Positions 1 to 9,537 are shown, numbered from the stretch's first letter. The stretch is DNA of 64,000 bases from Parcubacteria group bacterium (GCA_028286605.1 JAQBRE010000002.1:124219-188218), one strand, 5' to 3'. Program-made: numbers and translations. The notes: generated from the letters alone by a model not told the origin.

Positions 1-653
1 GCCTCAAGAAGATGCCGTTTCATATGGTGAGCCATGTGGATGTTATACGGCTCGTTTCAGACAAGAATCACGAAAAGAATTACGTCGTCATACTTTCCAA
101 ACATCCGATCGCGAACACTGGAACGCTGCAGTTCTTCGATTTCCCGTTTCCGCTTCACACTCGATTTTTCATCGCGCTCATGAAGCCGTTCCATTTTTCA
201 TTCATCACAGAGCGCGGCGCCGTGTATGCGGATATAAATCTTGGAAATGGCGTCCTTACGCGCGTCTTCTCGGTGCACCTTACGTTGTGGGGTCCGCATA
301 ACCGTGCGAAGGAATTCGAGGCAGTGCTCGGGCATGTGCAGCCAGGAAGGCCGGCGATAGTCTGCGGTGATTTCAATATCATCGAATACGGCCCGATGAA
401 AATACTGAATTGGCTCCTCGGTTCACCGCTGCGAGAAGCGACACCGTGGTATCCGGAACGTGATTTATTCGAAGAACGTTTCGTTGCGGCAAAGATGCAT
501 AATCCGCTGAAAGGGAAAGTGACGCACGGATTCTCACGATCGCAGCTTGATCACATTCTTCTTACGGAAGGATTGAATGCGAAACGCGCATGGGTGCATC
601 CTGAACTGCATGGTTCCGACCACAACCCGGTTGCCGTTGAGCTCGTTACTTGA
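1..653 (+). CDS. Endonuclease/exonuclease/phosphatase (EEP) family protein, probably truncated at the 5' window edge
   Basis: C-terminal EEP signature ...GDFN...SDHNPVAVEL. The reading frame is open to base 1 (ORF track begins at 12 but no upstream stop). Confidence 0.55.
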   Translation, partial: LKKMPFHMVSHVDVIRLVSDKNHEKNYVVILSKHPIANTGTLQFFDFPFPLHTRFFIALMKPFHFSFITERGAVYADINLGNGVLTRVFSVHLTLWGPHNRAKEFEAVLGHVQPGRPAIVCGDFNIIEYGPMKILNWLLGSPLREATPWYPERDLFEERFVAAKMHNPLKGKVTHGFSRSQLDHILLTEGLNAKRAWVHPELHGSDHNPVAVELVT

Positions 654-1881
654 GGTTGTTCGCGCTTAGCAGCGTGTTGGCAAGCTGTGTTGCCTTGCTT
701 GCATACGCAGCAACGAGTGCTGTTGAATTGGTACTCGTTATATACGAAGTTAGATCGCTGCCCGATTCTAGCTTGAACGCACGCTGCAAATAACTCGTCG
801 TGATTGCATGGAGGTCTCGAGTGTTTATATCGCTACCGCTCGAGCTTGTCGTAATAAGGCCAACGAGCTGGCCGTTCTGATTCGCGATGCCGCCGCCCGA
901 AGAACCCTGCTGTGCCGCTGCGCCACCGCCAAGCGAGATGAGATCAACAGTATTCGTTCCGAAGGTGAAGCGATCCTGCACCGTGTCGTACACGAGAGTA
1001 GGGAACAAATCCGCTTCGATGCGCGCTGTCGTTAGGAACTCGGCGCCGTACGAACCGATAACCACCGGGTCACCGACCGTTGAGATTACATTTGCAAGCG
1101 GTACAAAAGAAAATGTTGAAGGGAGCGATGCGCTCGTATTGCTCCCGGTGATCGCAAGAAGCGCAAAGTCATTTTCGCCGGTGCCGGTAGGACTCGCAGA
1201 AGAGATCGTCTTCGAGTTAAGGGAAATCCAATTGCTGGATACATATATTGGCGCAGCTTTATATTCGTTCACTGCAGGGCTTCCGGTACGCACATAGCAG
1301 GTCATGAGATCCGGACGCGCTTCAGCGAGCAATTCATACTGTGCGACGTGCGCGACGGTAAGGATGATGCCACGCGGATCAATGATGATGCCGCTACCTG
1401 AAATGCCACGCAGCGGGCCTACATTATTTGGCAGGCAGATAATATTCACGAGCGCACTACGTAGATTCGGAAGCGCAAGACCAAGGGCTGTTTGGGTGGG
1501 CGATTGCGCGGAGGTCGCGGCAGGTGCGGGTGCGCTCGCAGGAAGAGGTGCCGACGTGCCGGCAGCAGCTGCCGGCTTCTTCACGGGCGTGGTGGTTGCT
1601 ACAGAAACAGTCTTGCTTGGAGTGGACGAGGACGTGGTTGCGAAGGGTATCGTAACGGTAGCCCTCGTTGCGTTGCGTATGGAAAGAAGCTGCTTCAGCA
1701 GCTCGACGATTCGAGAGGTATCAAAAAGAATAGTGGTTTGAGCAGTGTTCGAAGTCTCTGCCGCAGCTAGCTGGTTGGAGGAGCCAATGAAAAAATAGGC
1801 CGCACTGGCGGAAAACATAAGGGCCGCAATTATAGCCAGAATCCTGAGTCGCATAGCCGTAGAGTACAACAAGACGCTCAA
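646..1881 (-). CDS. Secreted trypsin-like (S1) serine protease
   Basis: N-terminal signal/TM. Catalytic triad motifs are present: TVAHVA (His), ENDFALL (Asp), GSSGGG (Ser, GDSGG-like). Confidence 0.7.
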   Translation of the reverse strand: MSVLLYSTAMRLRILAIIAALMFSASAAYFFIGSSNQLAAAETSNTAQTTILFDTSRIVELLKQLLSIRNATRATVTIPFATTSSSTPSKTVSVATTTPVKKPAAAAGTSAPLPASAPAPAATSAQSPTQTALGLALPNLRSALVNIICLPNNVGPLRGISGSGIIIDPRGIILTVAHVAQYELLAEARPDLMTCYVRTGSPAVNEYKAAPIYVSSNWISLNSKTISSASPTGTGENDFALLAITGSNTSASLPSTFSFVPLANVISTVGDPVVIGSYGAEFLTTARIEADLFPTLVYDTVQDRFTFGTNTVDLISLGGGAAAQQGSSGGGIANQNGQLVGLITTSSSGSDINTRDLHAITTSYLQRAFKLESGSDLTSYITSTNSTALVAAYASKATQLANTLLSANNLK

Positions 1882-1926
1882 AAAGATAGCTAAGACCTAT
1901 CTAAATGTGGTATCCTCGCACATACA

Positions 1927-2000
1927 GCGGGATTAGTTTAATGGTAGAACATCAGTTTTCCAAACTGAGAGCAGGAGTCCGATTCTCCTATCCCGCACCA
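1927..2000 (+). tRNA. tRNA-Gly (anticodon UCC), CCA encoded
   Basis: Cloverleaf read by eye. Acceptor GCGGGAT/ATCCCGC (G1:C72 C2:G71 G3:C70 Gly identity pairs). D-arm GTTT/GAAC. Anticodon stem TCAGT/ACTGA with loop TTTCCAA. T-arm AGGAG-TCCGATT-CTCCT. 3' end ACCA. Confidence 0.7.
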
Positions 2001-2033
2001 TAAAAAGAAGGTTCCGGAATAATTCGGAACCTT
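2001..2033 (-). terminator. Intrinsic terminator of minus-strand gene 2055..2567
   Basis: 9-bp stem aaggttccg/cggaacctt with 8-nt loop. On the minus strand it is followed by TTTTT. Confidence 0.55.
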
Positions 2034-2054
2034 ACAAGGTGCTGTGTGCTGTCG

Positions 2055-2567
2055 TTACATCAAGAAAGAGTTTCCTCCTGACAAATAGACTCGGGCCATG
2101 CGCTGCGGCGGGCCAATAAACCAAAACATTGGGCGCCACTCAACTTCGGCACGCACTCCTTTTCGCTCATGCGCGATGATAATACGCGAAGCCCAGCCAT
2201 GATTTATATATAAGGATTCGATCTTGTCAGCATCCATTTCCTGATTGAAGTCTGCAAACGTGAATATCCTTTTTGCAGCCTCATCAGTTAATCGCAAACC
2301 AGCCTCTTGGAGAGTGTCCTGTTCAATAGAGACAGGCGCTAGTGCTTGAAATGAGGTGAGAAACGTGTGCGTACGCGTAACGCTTGCAGGAGTATTTGGG
2401 TAGAACATCCCCATTACGTCCACTATGCGCATGTAGTGCAGTTCATCGGGTAGGGTATATATGGCCGGCCGATACAGCTTGGGTTGCGGAGAAAGATATT
2501 CAGGCAAAAAGGCATGTGCATTCAAAGCATATACTCCCTCACTCTGTAAAACAGCCCAATTAAGCAT
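2055..2567 (-). CDS. Hypothetical protein. Start chosen at the internal Met because the longer ORF would overlap padR.
   Basis: ORF with its own downstream terminator. No recognisable motifs. The 2568..2834 extension would overlap the PadR gene by 180 nt. Confidence 0.35.
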   Translation of the reverse strand: MLNWAVLQSEGVYALNAHAFLPEYLSPQPKLYRPAIYTLPDELHYMRIVDVMGMFYPNTPASVTRTHTFLTSFQALAPVSIEQDTLQEAGLRLTDEAAKRIFTFADFNQEMDADKIESLYINHGWASRIIIAHERKGVRAEVEWRPMFWFIGPPQRMARVYLSGGNSFLM

Positions 2568-2652
2568 ATCAATTGAGAGTTTAAGAACGCCTGAAGCCTT
2601 CACACTATTGACACCCTTTCTTTGGTACGCTACCTTGGTAAAGAAAGGTAGT

Positions 2653-2991
2653 ATGGAAAACACAGAAACAACTGAACCAAAAGAACGATTCATTGCGATA
2701 CGCCGAGGACTCCTAGAGTTTTTGGTGCTTAAGGTCATAGCAGGAGGGAAGGTATACGCCGCAGATATCCTTTCAAAGCTTGCTGCTACGGACTTCGCGA
2801 CCCAGGAAGGAACTTTGTATCCGCTTCTAAGCAAGCTTCGCCGTGAAGGTCTGCTTGATCATGAATGGCAGGAGTCTGAATCTGGACCGCCTCGAAAATA
2901 CTACCTGCTAACTGAAAAGGGCAGGGAACAGCTGGAAGAGACGAATCAGTACTGGAAGACGATTATAAAGACCGTGGACGAACTAGCCTAA
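2653..2991 (+). CDS. PadR family transcriptional regulator
   Basis: Winged-helix PadR motifs: ...GTLYPLLSKLRREGLL...RKYYLLTEKGREQL. Confidence 0.8.
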   Translation: MENTETTEPKERFIAIRRGLLEFLVLKVIAGGKVYAADILSKLAATDFATQEGTLYPLLSKLRREGLLDHEWQESESGPPRKYYLLTEKGREQLEETNQYWKTIIKTVDELA

Positions 2992-2996
2992 CTTTT

Positions 2997-4019
2997 ATGA
3001 ACAAAGTCACGACGATAAACCTGGGCGGCAATGCATATCAGCTGGAAGAGCCAGGGTACGACAAGCTGCATGCATACCTAGATGATGCGACGGCAAAGCT
3101 CGGCAGCAATCCGGATGCTCAGGAGATAATCCTCGATCTTGAACGCGCGATCGCAGAGAAATGCGATACGTATCTCGTTCGCGGAAAGACTGTCGTTTCT
3201 ACGAATGATGTGGAGCAAATAATAAAAGATATGGGTCCAGTACATGCAACGGAAGGTGATGATCACACCTCTGCTTCACAGGCAACGCCGAGTGATTCTA
3301 CGAAACGGCTGTACCGCGTCCGCGAAGGTGCGTGGATCTTCGGCGTCTGTTCAGGACTTGCTGCATACCTCGATGTTAATGTCGCATTGATCCGTATTAT
3401 CGCCGTGATACTTCTTCTCGTGACGCACGGAGGCATGATACTTATATACTTCATCGCAGCGATATTCATTCACCGTGCGGATACGCCTGAGAAGCGTGCT
3501 GCAGCGCACGGCGTACCGTTCTCAACTCAAGATTTCATTGCCCGAGCGCATGATCTTGGCGACGAATTCAAGACAAGCAGCAAGGAGTGGAAACGCTATA
3601 GCCGTTCTATGAAACGCGATTATCGTGCGCAGTATCAGGAGTACCACGGCTGGTCTGCCTTCGGTCCGCTGTTCGGCATACTTTCGCTGGTGTGGGTATT
3701 CGCGTTGATTTCCGTCATAACGACTCATGCTATTTTCGGACTTGCTCTGCCTGTAACCATGCCTATCTGGCTCGCTATCGTACTTATGGCAGTTGCATAC
3801 AGCGTAGTTATTTCACCTCTGCGTTATCTCGCTTTCTCGCATGGCGGTCATGGAAAGGATTGGAAACATGGGCCACATAGCGGAGGACCCATAGGTTTTC
3901 TTCTTCAGATCCTCGTCATCTGGTTTATCGGATGGCTGTTCTATAGGTACGTGCCAACGGTGCACGACTTCCTGAACATGGTCTGGATGCAACTGCAACA
4001 GGTTCCTTGGCTTCGCTAG
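2997..4019 (+). CDS. PspC-domain membrane protein with a DUF1700-like N-terminus
   Basis: PspC domain LYRVREGAWIFGVCSGLAAYLDVNVALIRI followed by several TM helices. Immediately downstream of padR (classic PadR/PspC pairing). Confidence 0.7.
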   Translation: MNKVTTINLGGNAYQLEEPGYDKLHAYLDDATAKLGSNPDAQEIILDLERAIAEKCDTYLVRGKTVVSTNDVEQIIKDMGPVHATEGDDHTSASQATPSDSTKRLYRVREGAWIFGVCSGLAAYLDVNVALIRIIAVILLLVTHGGMILIYFIAAIFIHRADTPEKRAAAHGVPFSTQDFIARAHDLGDEFKTSSKEWKRYSRSMKRDYRAQYQEYHGWSAFGPLFGILSLVWVFALISVITTHAIFGLALPVTMPIWLAIVLMAVAYSVVISPLRYLAFSHGGHGKDWKHGPHSGGPIGFLLQILVIWFIGWLFYRYVPTVHDFLNMVWMQLQQVPWLR

Positions 4020-4061
4020 AGAATATTGACGCTACAGGTGAGCTGTAATACAATGTATTAC

Positions 4062-4268
4062 ATGCGAAGCGTACTTAATATTTCACTCCCCGCATCAACG
4101 GTTCGCGATATCAAACGCGAAGTTAAGAGCGGAGGCTATGCATCTGTAAGCGAATACATTCGACAGATCATTCGTGATCGACAGGAAGACCAGCTCTTGA
4201 AAGAAATAAAGAAAGAACGAGCTGCAGGACTAACAAAGCTGCACTCTCTTCGAGATCTTATGAAGTAG
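4062..4268 (+). CDS. ParD/RHH-type type II antitoxin
   Basis: ISLPASTVRDIKREVKSGGYASVSEYIRQIIRD matches the ParD/CopG-like ribbon-helix-helix pattern. Start ambiguous (TTG 4026, ATG 4053 or ATG 4062). Confidence 0.6.
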   Translation: MRSVLNISLPASTVRDIKREVKSGGYASVSEYIRQIIRDRQEDQLLKEIKKERAAGLTKLHSLRDLMK

Positions 4269-4277
4269 ACGCGACAT

Positions 4278-4538
4278 ATGGAAATTCTTTATACGGTTCG
4301 ATTTAAGAAGGATTTCCACAAACTGCCCAAACAGATTCAGTTGCGAGCCCTCGAAAGAGAAGAATGGTTTCTCGCTGATCCGTTCGATCCGCGCCTCAAA
4401 ACTCACTCTCTCAATGGTAAACTCTCAAAACTATATTCATTTTCTATAACCGATTCGTATCGAATATTGTTCGGGTTTGGAGAGGGCAGGAAAGTGGCAG
4501 AATTCTTCCGAATAGGGAGGCACGATATATACGATTAG
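4278..4538 (+). CDS. RelE/ParE family type II toxin
   Basis: 86 aa with ...KKDFHKLPKQIQ...HSLNGKLSKLYSFSITDSYRILF...GRHDIY pattern. 9 nt downstream of the antitoxin. Confidence 0.7.
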   Translation: MEILYTVRFKKDFHKLPKQIQLRALEREEWFLADPFDPRLKTHSLNGKLSKLYSFSITDSYRILFGFGEGRKVAEFFRIGRHDIYD

Positions 4539-4585
4539 CTTGGGTGTTCGATTGATTTTCATCTTTGCAGGCGTAGGCTTTAAGG

Positions 4586-5752
4586 ATGGAACCTCTGGCA
4601 GCGCGATTGCGTCCTAAGAACCTCGATGAATTCGTCGGGCAGGAGCATTTGGTAGGAGAAGGGAAGCCGCTACGCGTGGCGATAGAGAAGAAGCACCGCT
4701 TCTCGTTCATTCTGTGGGGACCGCCAGGCACCGGTAAGACGACGATCGCACGCATCTACGCGCGTGCGCTTGATGCGGACCTCTTCGAGCTTTCTGCCGT
4801 TTCAGCAGGGAAGGAAGATATCCGGCAGATAGTGGGGGAAGGGAAGAAAGGACCGCAGGAACCGTTCGCGAACGATGCGTTCGCGCCGGAACGGCCGAAG
4901 GTTCTGTTCCTGGACGAAATACATCGTTTTAATAAATCACAGCAGGATTTCCTGTTGCCGTATGTTGAAAGTGGAAAGCTGACGCTCATAGGTGCGACCA
5001 CAGAGAATCCGAGCTTCGAGGTTATCCCTGCGCTTCTTTCACGTTGCCGTGTGTTCGTACTCGAACCACTCTCTGAGGAATCACTGCGAGCAATCGTGAA
5101 GCGCGCAAAGCTGAAGCTCGGCAAGGACGCATTCGAATGGCTGATGGGATATTCCAATGGCGACGCGCGTCGTGCGCTCACGCTGCTTGATAGCACGATG
5201 AGCCTATATGGAAAAATAACGGTGGAGACACTGAACAAAGCGCTCGAATCGCCGCACCTTCGCTACGACAAGAAAGGCGACGAGCATTACGACACCATCA
5301 GCGCATTCATAAAGAGCATGCGTGCCTCACAGCCCGATGCCGCTATGTATTACTTAGCGCGCATGGTTGAAGCCGGAGAGGATCCTCTTTTCATTGCGCG
5401 CAGGATGGTTATATTCGCTTCGGAAGATGTCGGCTTAGCTCAGCCGACTGCGTTGGTAGTTGCGAACGCTGTGTTCCGCGCGTGCGAAGTGATCGGCTAT
5501 CCGGAATGCGCGATTAATCTTGCACATGGCGTCGCATACCTAGCGCAGGCGAAGAAGGATCGTACGGCCTACGACGCGCTACGTGCCGCTCAGGCAGACA
5601 TAAAGAAGCTGGGTAACCTTCCGGTGCCTAAGAACATTCGCAACGCGCCTACGAAGCTCATGAAGGATTTGGACTATGGAAAAGGCTATGAGATGTATGA
5701 CGAAGAAAGCTATATGCCCGAAAAGTTGAAGAAGAGGAAGTATTTTGAATAA
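4586..5752 (+). CDS. rarA: Recombination factor RarA/MgsA (AAA ATPase)
   Basis: Walker A GPPGTGKTT. Strong RarA N-terminal and C-terminal (MgsA_C) similarity. Confidence 0.85.
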   Translation: MEPLAARLRPKNLDEFVGQEHLVGEGKPLRVAIEKKHRFSFILWGPPGTGKTTIARIYARALDADLFELSAVSAGKEDIRQIVGEGKKGPQEPFANDAFAPERPKVLFLDEIHRFNKSQQDFLLPYVESGKLTLIGATTENPSFEVIPALLSRCRVFVLEPLSEESLRAIVKRAKLKLGKDAFEWLMGYSNGDARRALTLLDSTMSLYGKITVETLNKALESPHLRYDKKGDEHYDTISAFIKSMRASQPDAAMYYLARMVEAGEDPLFIARRMVIFASEDVGLAQPTALVVANAVFRACEVIGYPECAINLAHGVAYLAQAKKDRTAYDALRAAQADIKKLGNLPVPKNIRNAPTKLMKDLDYGKGYEMYDEESYMPEKLKKRKYFE

Positions 5753-5758
5753 GCAAAA

Positions 5759-5790
5759 GTAAAAGCCCCGTTGGAAACGGGGCTTTTACT
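5759..5790. terminator. Bidirectional intrinsic terminator (rarA / hup)
   Basis: aaaagccccgtt-ggaa-acggggctttt. Confidence 0.7.
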
Positions 5791-5806
5791 TTATCCGAAT
5801 CGGATA

Positions 5807-6082
5807 TTACTTAACTGCGTCCTTGAGGGCCTTTGCAGCTGAGAACTTAGGAGAACGTGTAGCAGGAACCTTGATTTGCTCGCCAGTGCGAGGGTTACGA
5901 GCCATACGTGCAGCACGTGGCTTTGCGCGGAAGATTCCGAGGCCTGCGATCGAGATCTCGTCACCAGCCTTGAGGCCGCTTACGATTGCATCGATCATTG
6001 TCTCTACGGCGCGCTCTGCGTCAGCTTTCGTGCCGCCGAGTACGTCCTGCACCTTCATTACGATATCTGCTTTATTTGCCAT
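5807..6082 (-). CDS. hup: HU family DNA-binding protein
   Basis: 91 aa. GLGIFRAKPRAARMARNPRTGEQIKVPA arm motif. Confidence 0.9.
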   Translation of the reverse strand: MANKADIVMKVQDVLGGTKADAERAVETMIDAIVSGLKAGDEISIAGLGIFRAKPRAARMARNPRTGEQIKVPATRSPKFSAAKALKDAVK

Positions 6083-6287
6083 AGATAAAATCTTTAGGGG
6101 TTTTTAGGGCTAAGTCCTCCGGGGAGGTCTGTGAAGAAAGTATAGGAAATGAGCCATATAACGCAATAGGGCCAAAAATATGAGGGGGATAGCGAAAATC
6201 CCTTGACAAACTATCAATAATAGAGTATTGTATATTCAGAGCAGGAAAAAAGATCCCTGTAGTGCTAAACCTCTATGCGAGGATAGC

Positions 6288-6318
6288 AAAAACCCCGGCG
6301 GAAAATAACGCCGGGGTT
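6288..6318 (-). terminator. Intrinsic terminator downstream of rny
   Basis: ccccggcg-ttattttc-cgccgggg followed by TTTTT on the minus strand. Also hairpin-competent on the plus strand. Confidence 0.65.
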
Positions 6319-6342
6319 TGTTGTTTCTGCTTATTTCAATAC

Positions 6343-7872
6343 TTAGCGTGCGAACTCGACGACACGGTTCTCGCGGATGACATTCACTTTGATTTCGCCA
6401 GGATATTTGAGTTCCTCCTGTATGCGTACGGCGATTTCACGTGCCAGCTTGTGCGTTTCAAGGTCTGATACCTTGCCTGGGTTCACGAAGATGCGAATTT
6501 CACGGCCTGCCTGAATGGCGAATACCTTTTCAACGCCCGGGAAGCTCTTGGCGATGCGTTCGAGGTCTCCAAGGCGCTCAAGATAGCGTTCGATAGTGTC
6601 ACGGCGTGCGCCAGGGCGTGAAGCAGAGATGCTGTCTGCCACCTGCACGATGATAGACTCCGGCGTTTCATAGGGATATTCCTCATGATGCGCCTGCATA
6701 GCCTGAATGATTGGCTTCGCTACGCCGAACTTCTCAAGAATACGACGGCCTATTTCAACATGCGTGCCTTGAACCTCATGATCCACCGCTTTGCCGATGT
6801 CATGAAGAAGTGCGCCTGCGCGGGCAACCTCAGCATCTGCACCAAGCTCATCAGCAAGCATGCCGGCGATGTGCGCCATCTCTATGGAGTGCTGCAATAC
6901 GTTCTGGCCATAACTGGTGCGGAAGTGCAGGCGGCCGATAAGCGTTATAAGGCGTGGATCAAGGCCCACGATGCCCACTTCATACGCAGCTTCTTCACCT
7001 TTCTGCTTAACGATAGCCTCGACTTCCTGCTTCGCCTTCTCAACGAGCTCCTCAATCTTTGCCGGCTGAATACGGCCGTCTTCGATAAGGCGCTCAAGCG
7101 CTATCTTCGCGATGTGGCGACGGAGCGGATCGAAGGATGAAAGCGTAATCTTATCCGGTCCATCATCGATGATGACGTCTACGCCCGTTGCGCGCTCGAA
7201 TGCCTTGATGTTACGGCCTTCTTTTCCGATGATCTTGCCCTTCATCTCTTCGGTGGGGAGCTGCACAGAGAGCGTCATGATGTCCGTATTCACGGCATTG
7301 CCCATGCGATGAATGGCGGTGAGGAGAATGCCGCGCGCTTTCTCTTCCATGCGCTCACGACCATTGGTCTCAAGCTTCTGGATACGCGAAAGGATCGCAT
7401 TCTCATGAATGTGCTCAATATTGCTGAGCAGTTTCGTACGCGCTTCTTCTTCGGAAAGCTCTGCGATGCGAGCAAGCTCTGCTTGCTCGCTGCGAATGAG
7501 TGCTTCTGCGTCCTTCTTAAGGTTCGTTGCTTCGTTCTCGCGCATCTTCACCTGATCGGAAAGCTCCGTAAGGTTCTGTTCGCGCTCGTCGAGGAACTCC
7601 TCGCGCTTCGTGATGCGTGCGACATAGGTTTCCAAACGCTTCTCACGCTCTTTTATAGGCGCTTCAGCTTCTTTCTCTATATCTTCGGCACGCGCTTCTG
7701 CTTCCGCGATGATGCGGCTGACGCGTTCTTTCGCATCAAGCATGCGCTGTTTCACTTCAAGCTCCAGCGAGCCGCGCTGACCGAGTGCGATCAAAAGGCG
7801 AAGCACATAGCCAAGCGCGATGCCTGCCGTGCCGGAAATGGCGAGCAGTATCAATACTAATTTTATGGACAT
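6343..7872 (-). CDS. rny: Ribonuclease Y
   Basis: N-terminal TM, coiled coil, KH (GKIIGKEGRNIKAFE) and HD (LHDIGKAVDHE) domains. Confidence 0.9.
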   Translation of the reverse strand: MSIKLVLILLAISGTAGIALGYVLRLLIALGQRGSLELEVKQRMLDAKERVSRIIAEAEARAEDIEKEAEAPIKEREKRLETYVARITKREEFLDEREQNLTELSDQVKMRENEATNLKKDAEALIRSEQAELARIAELSEEEARTKLLSNIEHIHENAILSRIQKLETNGRERMEEKARGILLTAIHRMGNAVNTDIMTLSVQLPTEEMKGKIIGKEGRNIKAFERATGVDVIIDDGPDKITLSSFDPLRRHIAKIALERLIEDGRIQPAKIEELVEKAKQEVEAIVKQKGEEAAYEVGIVGLDPRLITLIGRLHFRTSYGQNVLQHSIEMAHIAGMLADELGADAEVARAGALLHDIGKAVDHEVQGTHVEIGRRILEKFGVAKPIIQAMQAHHEEYPYETPESIIVQVADSISASRPGARRDTIERYLERLGDLERIAKSFPGVEKVFAIQAGREIRIFVNPGKVSDLETHKLAREIAVRIQEELKYPGEIKVNVIRENRVVEFAR

Positions 7873-7981
7873 AAAACAATTTGGGGCCTAGGTAGGCGGC
7901 AGAGCCGTCCACCAAGGAATAGGTCAAATAAGGTCGAACACACGCACCTTACTACGATTACTACGCGCGGTAAAACCGAGC

Positions 7982-8593
7982 TTATTTCGTTTTGTAGACC
8001 TGGTCGACGAGGCCATACTTCTTTGCATCGTCTGCGGAAAGGTAGTAGTCGCGATCAACATCTATTTCAACCTTCGAAAGCGGCTGGCCCGTAGTCTTTG
8101 CAAGAATCTTATTCAGGCGATCACGGAGCGAAAGGATACGCTTTGCGCTGATCTCGATGTCAGAAGCCTGTCCTTCGGCGCCACCGTGTGGCTGGTGAAT
8201 CATGATGTCTGCGTTGGGAAGCGCGAAGCGCTTCCCCTTAGCACCAGACGCAAGGATGATAGAACCCATCGAAGCTGCCATGCCGATAGCAACAGTCGCC
8301 ACATCAGGTTTCACATGGTTCATCGCATCAACGATAGCGAGGCCGGAGTGCACATGGCCGCCTGGTGAGTTCACGTAGAGCCAGATATCACGCTTCGGAT
8401 CTTCGGTCTCAAGGAAGAGAAGCTGCGAAATAATGAGGTTCGCGACATCATCATCGATAGGGCCGCCAAGGAAGATAATACGGTCCTTAAGCAGGCGGGA
8501 ATATATATCGTATGCACGCTCGCCGAACTGGGACTTTTCAAGCACCATCGGCACCAGCATCGAAGACGGGGAAGTTGATTTGTTCATAGCCAT
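7982..8593 (-). CDS. clpP: ATP-dependent Clp protease proteolytic subunit
   Basis: Full-length ClpP similarity ([11 protein letters not shown]..., HQP). Confidence 0.9.
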   Translation of the reverse strand: MAMNKSTSPSSMLVPMVLEKSQFGERAYDIYSRLLKDRIIFLGGPIDDDVANLIISQLLFLETEDPKRDIWLYVNSPGGHVHSGLAIVDAMNHVKPDVATVAIGMAASMGSIILASGAKGKRFALPNADIMIHQPHGGAEGQASDIEISAKRILSLRDRLNKILAKTTGQPLSKVEIDVDRDYYLSADDAKKYGLVDQVYKTK

Positions 8594-8641
8594 AGTCCTT
8601 TCATGGTATCAAAAAGCAGGATTTCCGTATACTCTGACGAT

Positions 8642-9304
8642 ATGAAACGCCACGCACTCAACTTCCGCATCCTATATCAGTTCGCTTTCAGTCTTCTTAT
8701 TATTGCTGCGCTCACCACGCAATTCATATACGGAGGCTTAGCAGCTGGATTCACATTTCCCTATATCGCGCTCTTCATCAGCTACTTTACGATCCTGAGC
8801 AATATATTAGTTGCAATCGCGCTAGCAGGGGAAGCGAGCGCGAGCTTGAACCAACGCCCGCTTTCAGGACGTTTCGAATGGATGCGCGGTTTCGCGGTCT
8901 TCTGCATAATCGCAACGGGTATTACGTACACATTCTTCCCGCATGCACCGGGCGGAGCGATGCTCCAAATCGATAACTCATTGTCGTGGGCGAACACCGT
9001 CTTTCATCACATCATGCCGATCGTCGCTGCGCTTGATTGGATCCTGTTTCCTCCGAAACGCGTCGTGCGCTGGATCTCCGTCGTGTATTGGATACTGCTT
9101 ACGGCGGTATACGCCATATACGTAGAAGTGCTTGGCGCAATGAGCGGCGTGTATCCGTATTTCTTCCTTGATCCGACAAAACTTGGCGGCTATGCAGGAG
9201 TGTCTCGCGCCGCATTAGGATTCATTCCGTTCTTCCTGGTGTTCGGCGTCGGCATCGTTCTCGCGAACAAGCTTCGCGTCGGGTTCAAGAAAAGTAAGGG
9301 CTAG
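8642..9304 (+). CDS. Polytopic membrane protein (possibly Pr6Pr-like), hypothetical
   Basis: About 6 predicted TM helices, no catalytic motifs. Divergent from clpP. Confidence 0.4.
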   Translation: MKRHALNFRILYQFAFSLLIIAALTTQFIYGGLAAGFTFPYIALFISYFTILSNILVAIALAGEASASLNQRPLSGRFEWMRGFAVFCIIATGITYTFFPHAPGGAMLQIDNSLSWANTVFHHIMPIVAALDWILFPPKRVVRWISVVYWILLTAVYAIYVEVLGAMSGVYPYFFLDPTKLGGYAGVSRAALGFIPFFLVFGVGIVLANKLRVGFKKSKG

Positions 9305-9537
9305 TGTGTCGTGCTGGACGTAACGGGAACGGGCTGTATCTGCGCGATGCGCTTGCCCCATGCGTAGAAGGCACCGACGACGATCATCACGAGGATGAGC
9401 ACGATGATTACGATTGCTCCATACGATGCTTGCTTCTGCTTCGCGATGCTTGAAGAGATCGGAGGAACGATGGGTGCGGGGGCAACGATAGGCACAACAG
9501 GTTCGTTAGTAACGGGAGTTTGAGTTGGGGTGTCCAT
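9301..9537 (-). CDS. Small single-TM protein with GAxYAW motif (paralog of 57429..57710)
   Basis: Pro/Thr-rich N-terminus, TM IVIIVLILVMIVVGAFYAW. Confidence 0.35.
   Translation of the reverse strand: MDTPTQTPVTNEPVVPIVAPAPIVPPISSSIAKQKQASYGAIVIIVLILVMIVVGAFYAWGKRIAQIQPVPVTSSTTH

Noticed and set aside
1927-2000. Alternative call of the tRNA as tRNA-Trp(CCA)
   Set aside because: Gly identity pairs in the acceptor stem and the loop register with U33 and A37 flanking UCC fit better. Kept as a caveat.
2461-2652. N-terminal 64-aa extension of the PadR ORF, and the 2568..2834 extension of the minus-strand ORF
   Set aside because: PadR is complete from the Met at 2653. The extended regions would make the two genes overlap by about 180-370 nt on opposite strands. 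Internal starts give a clean divergent arrangement.
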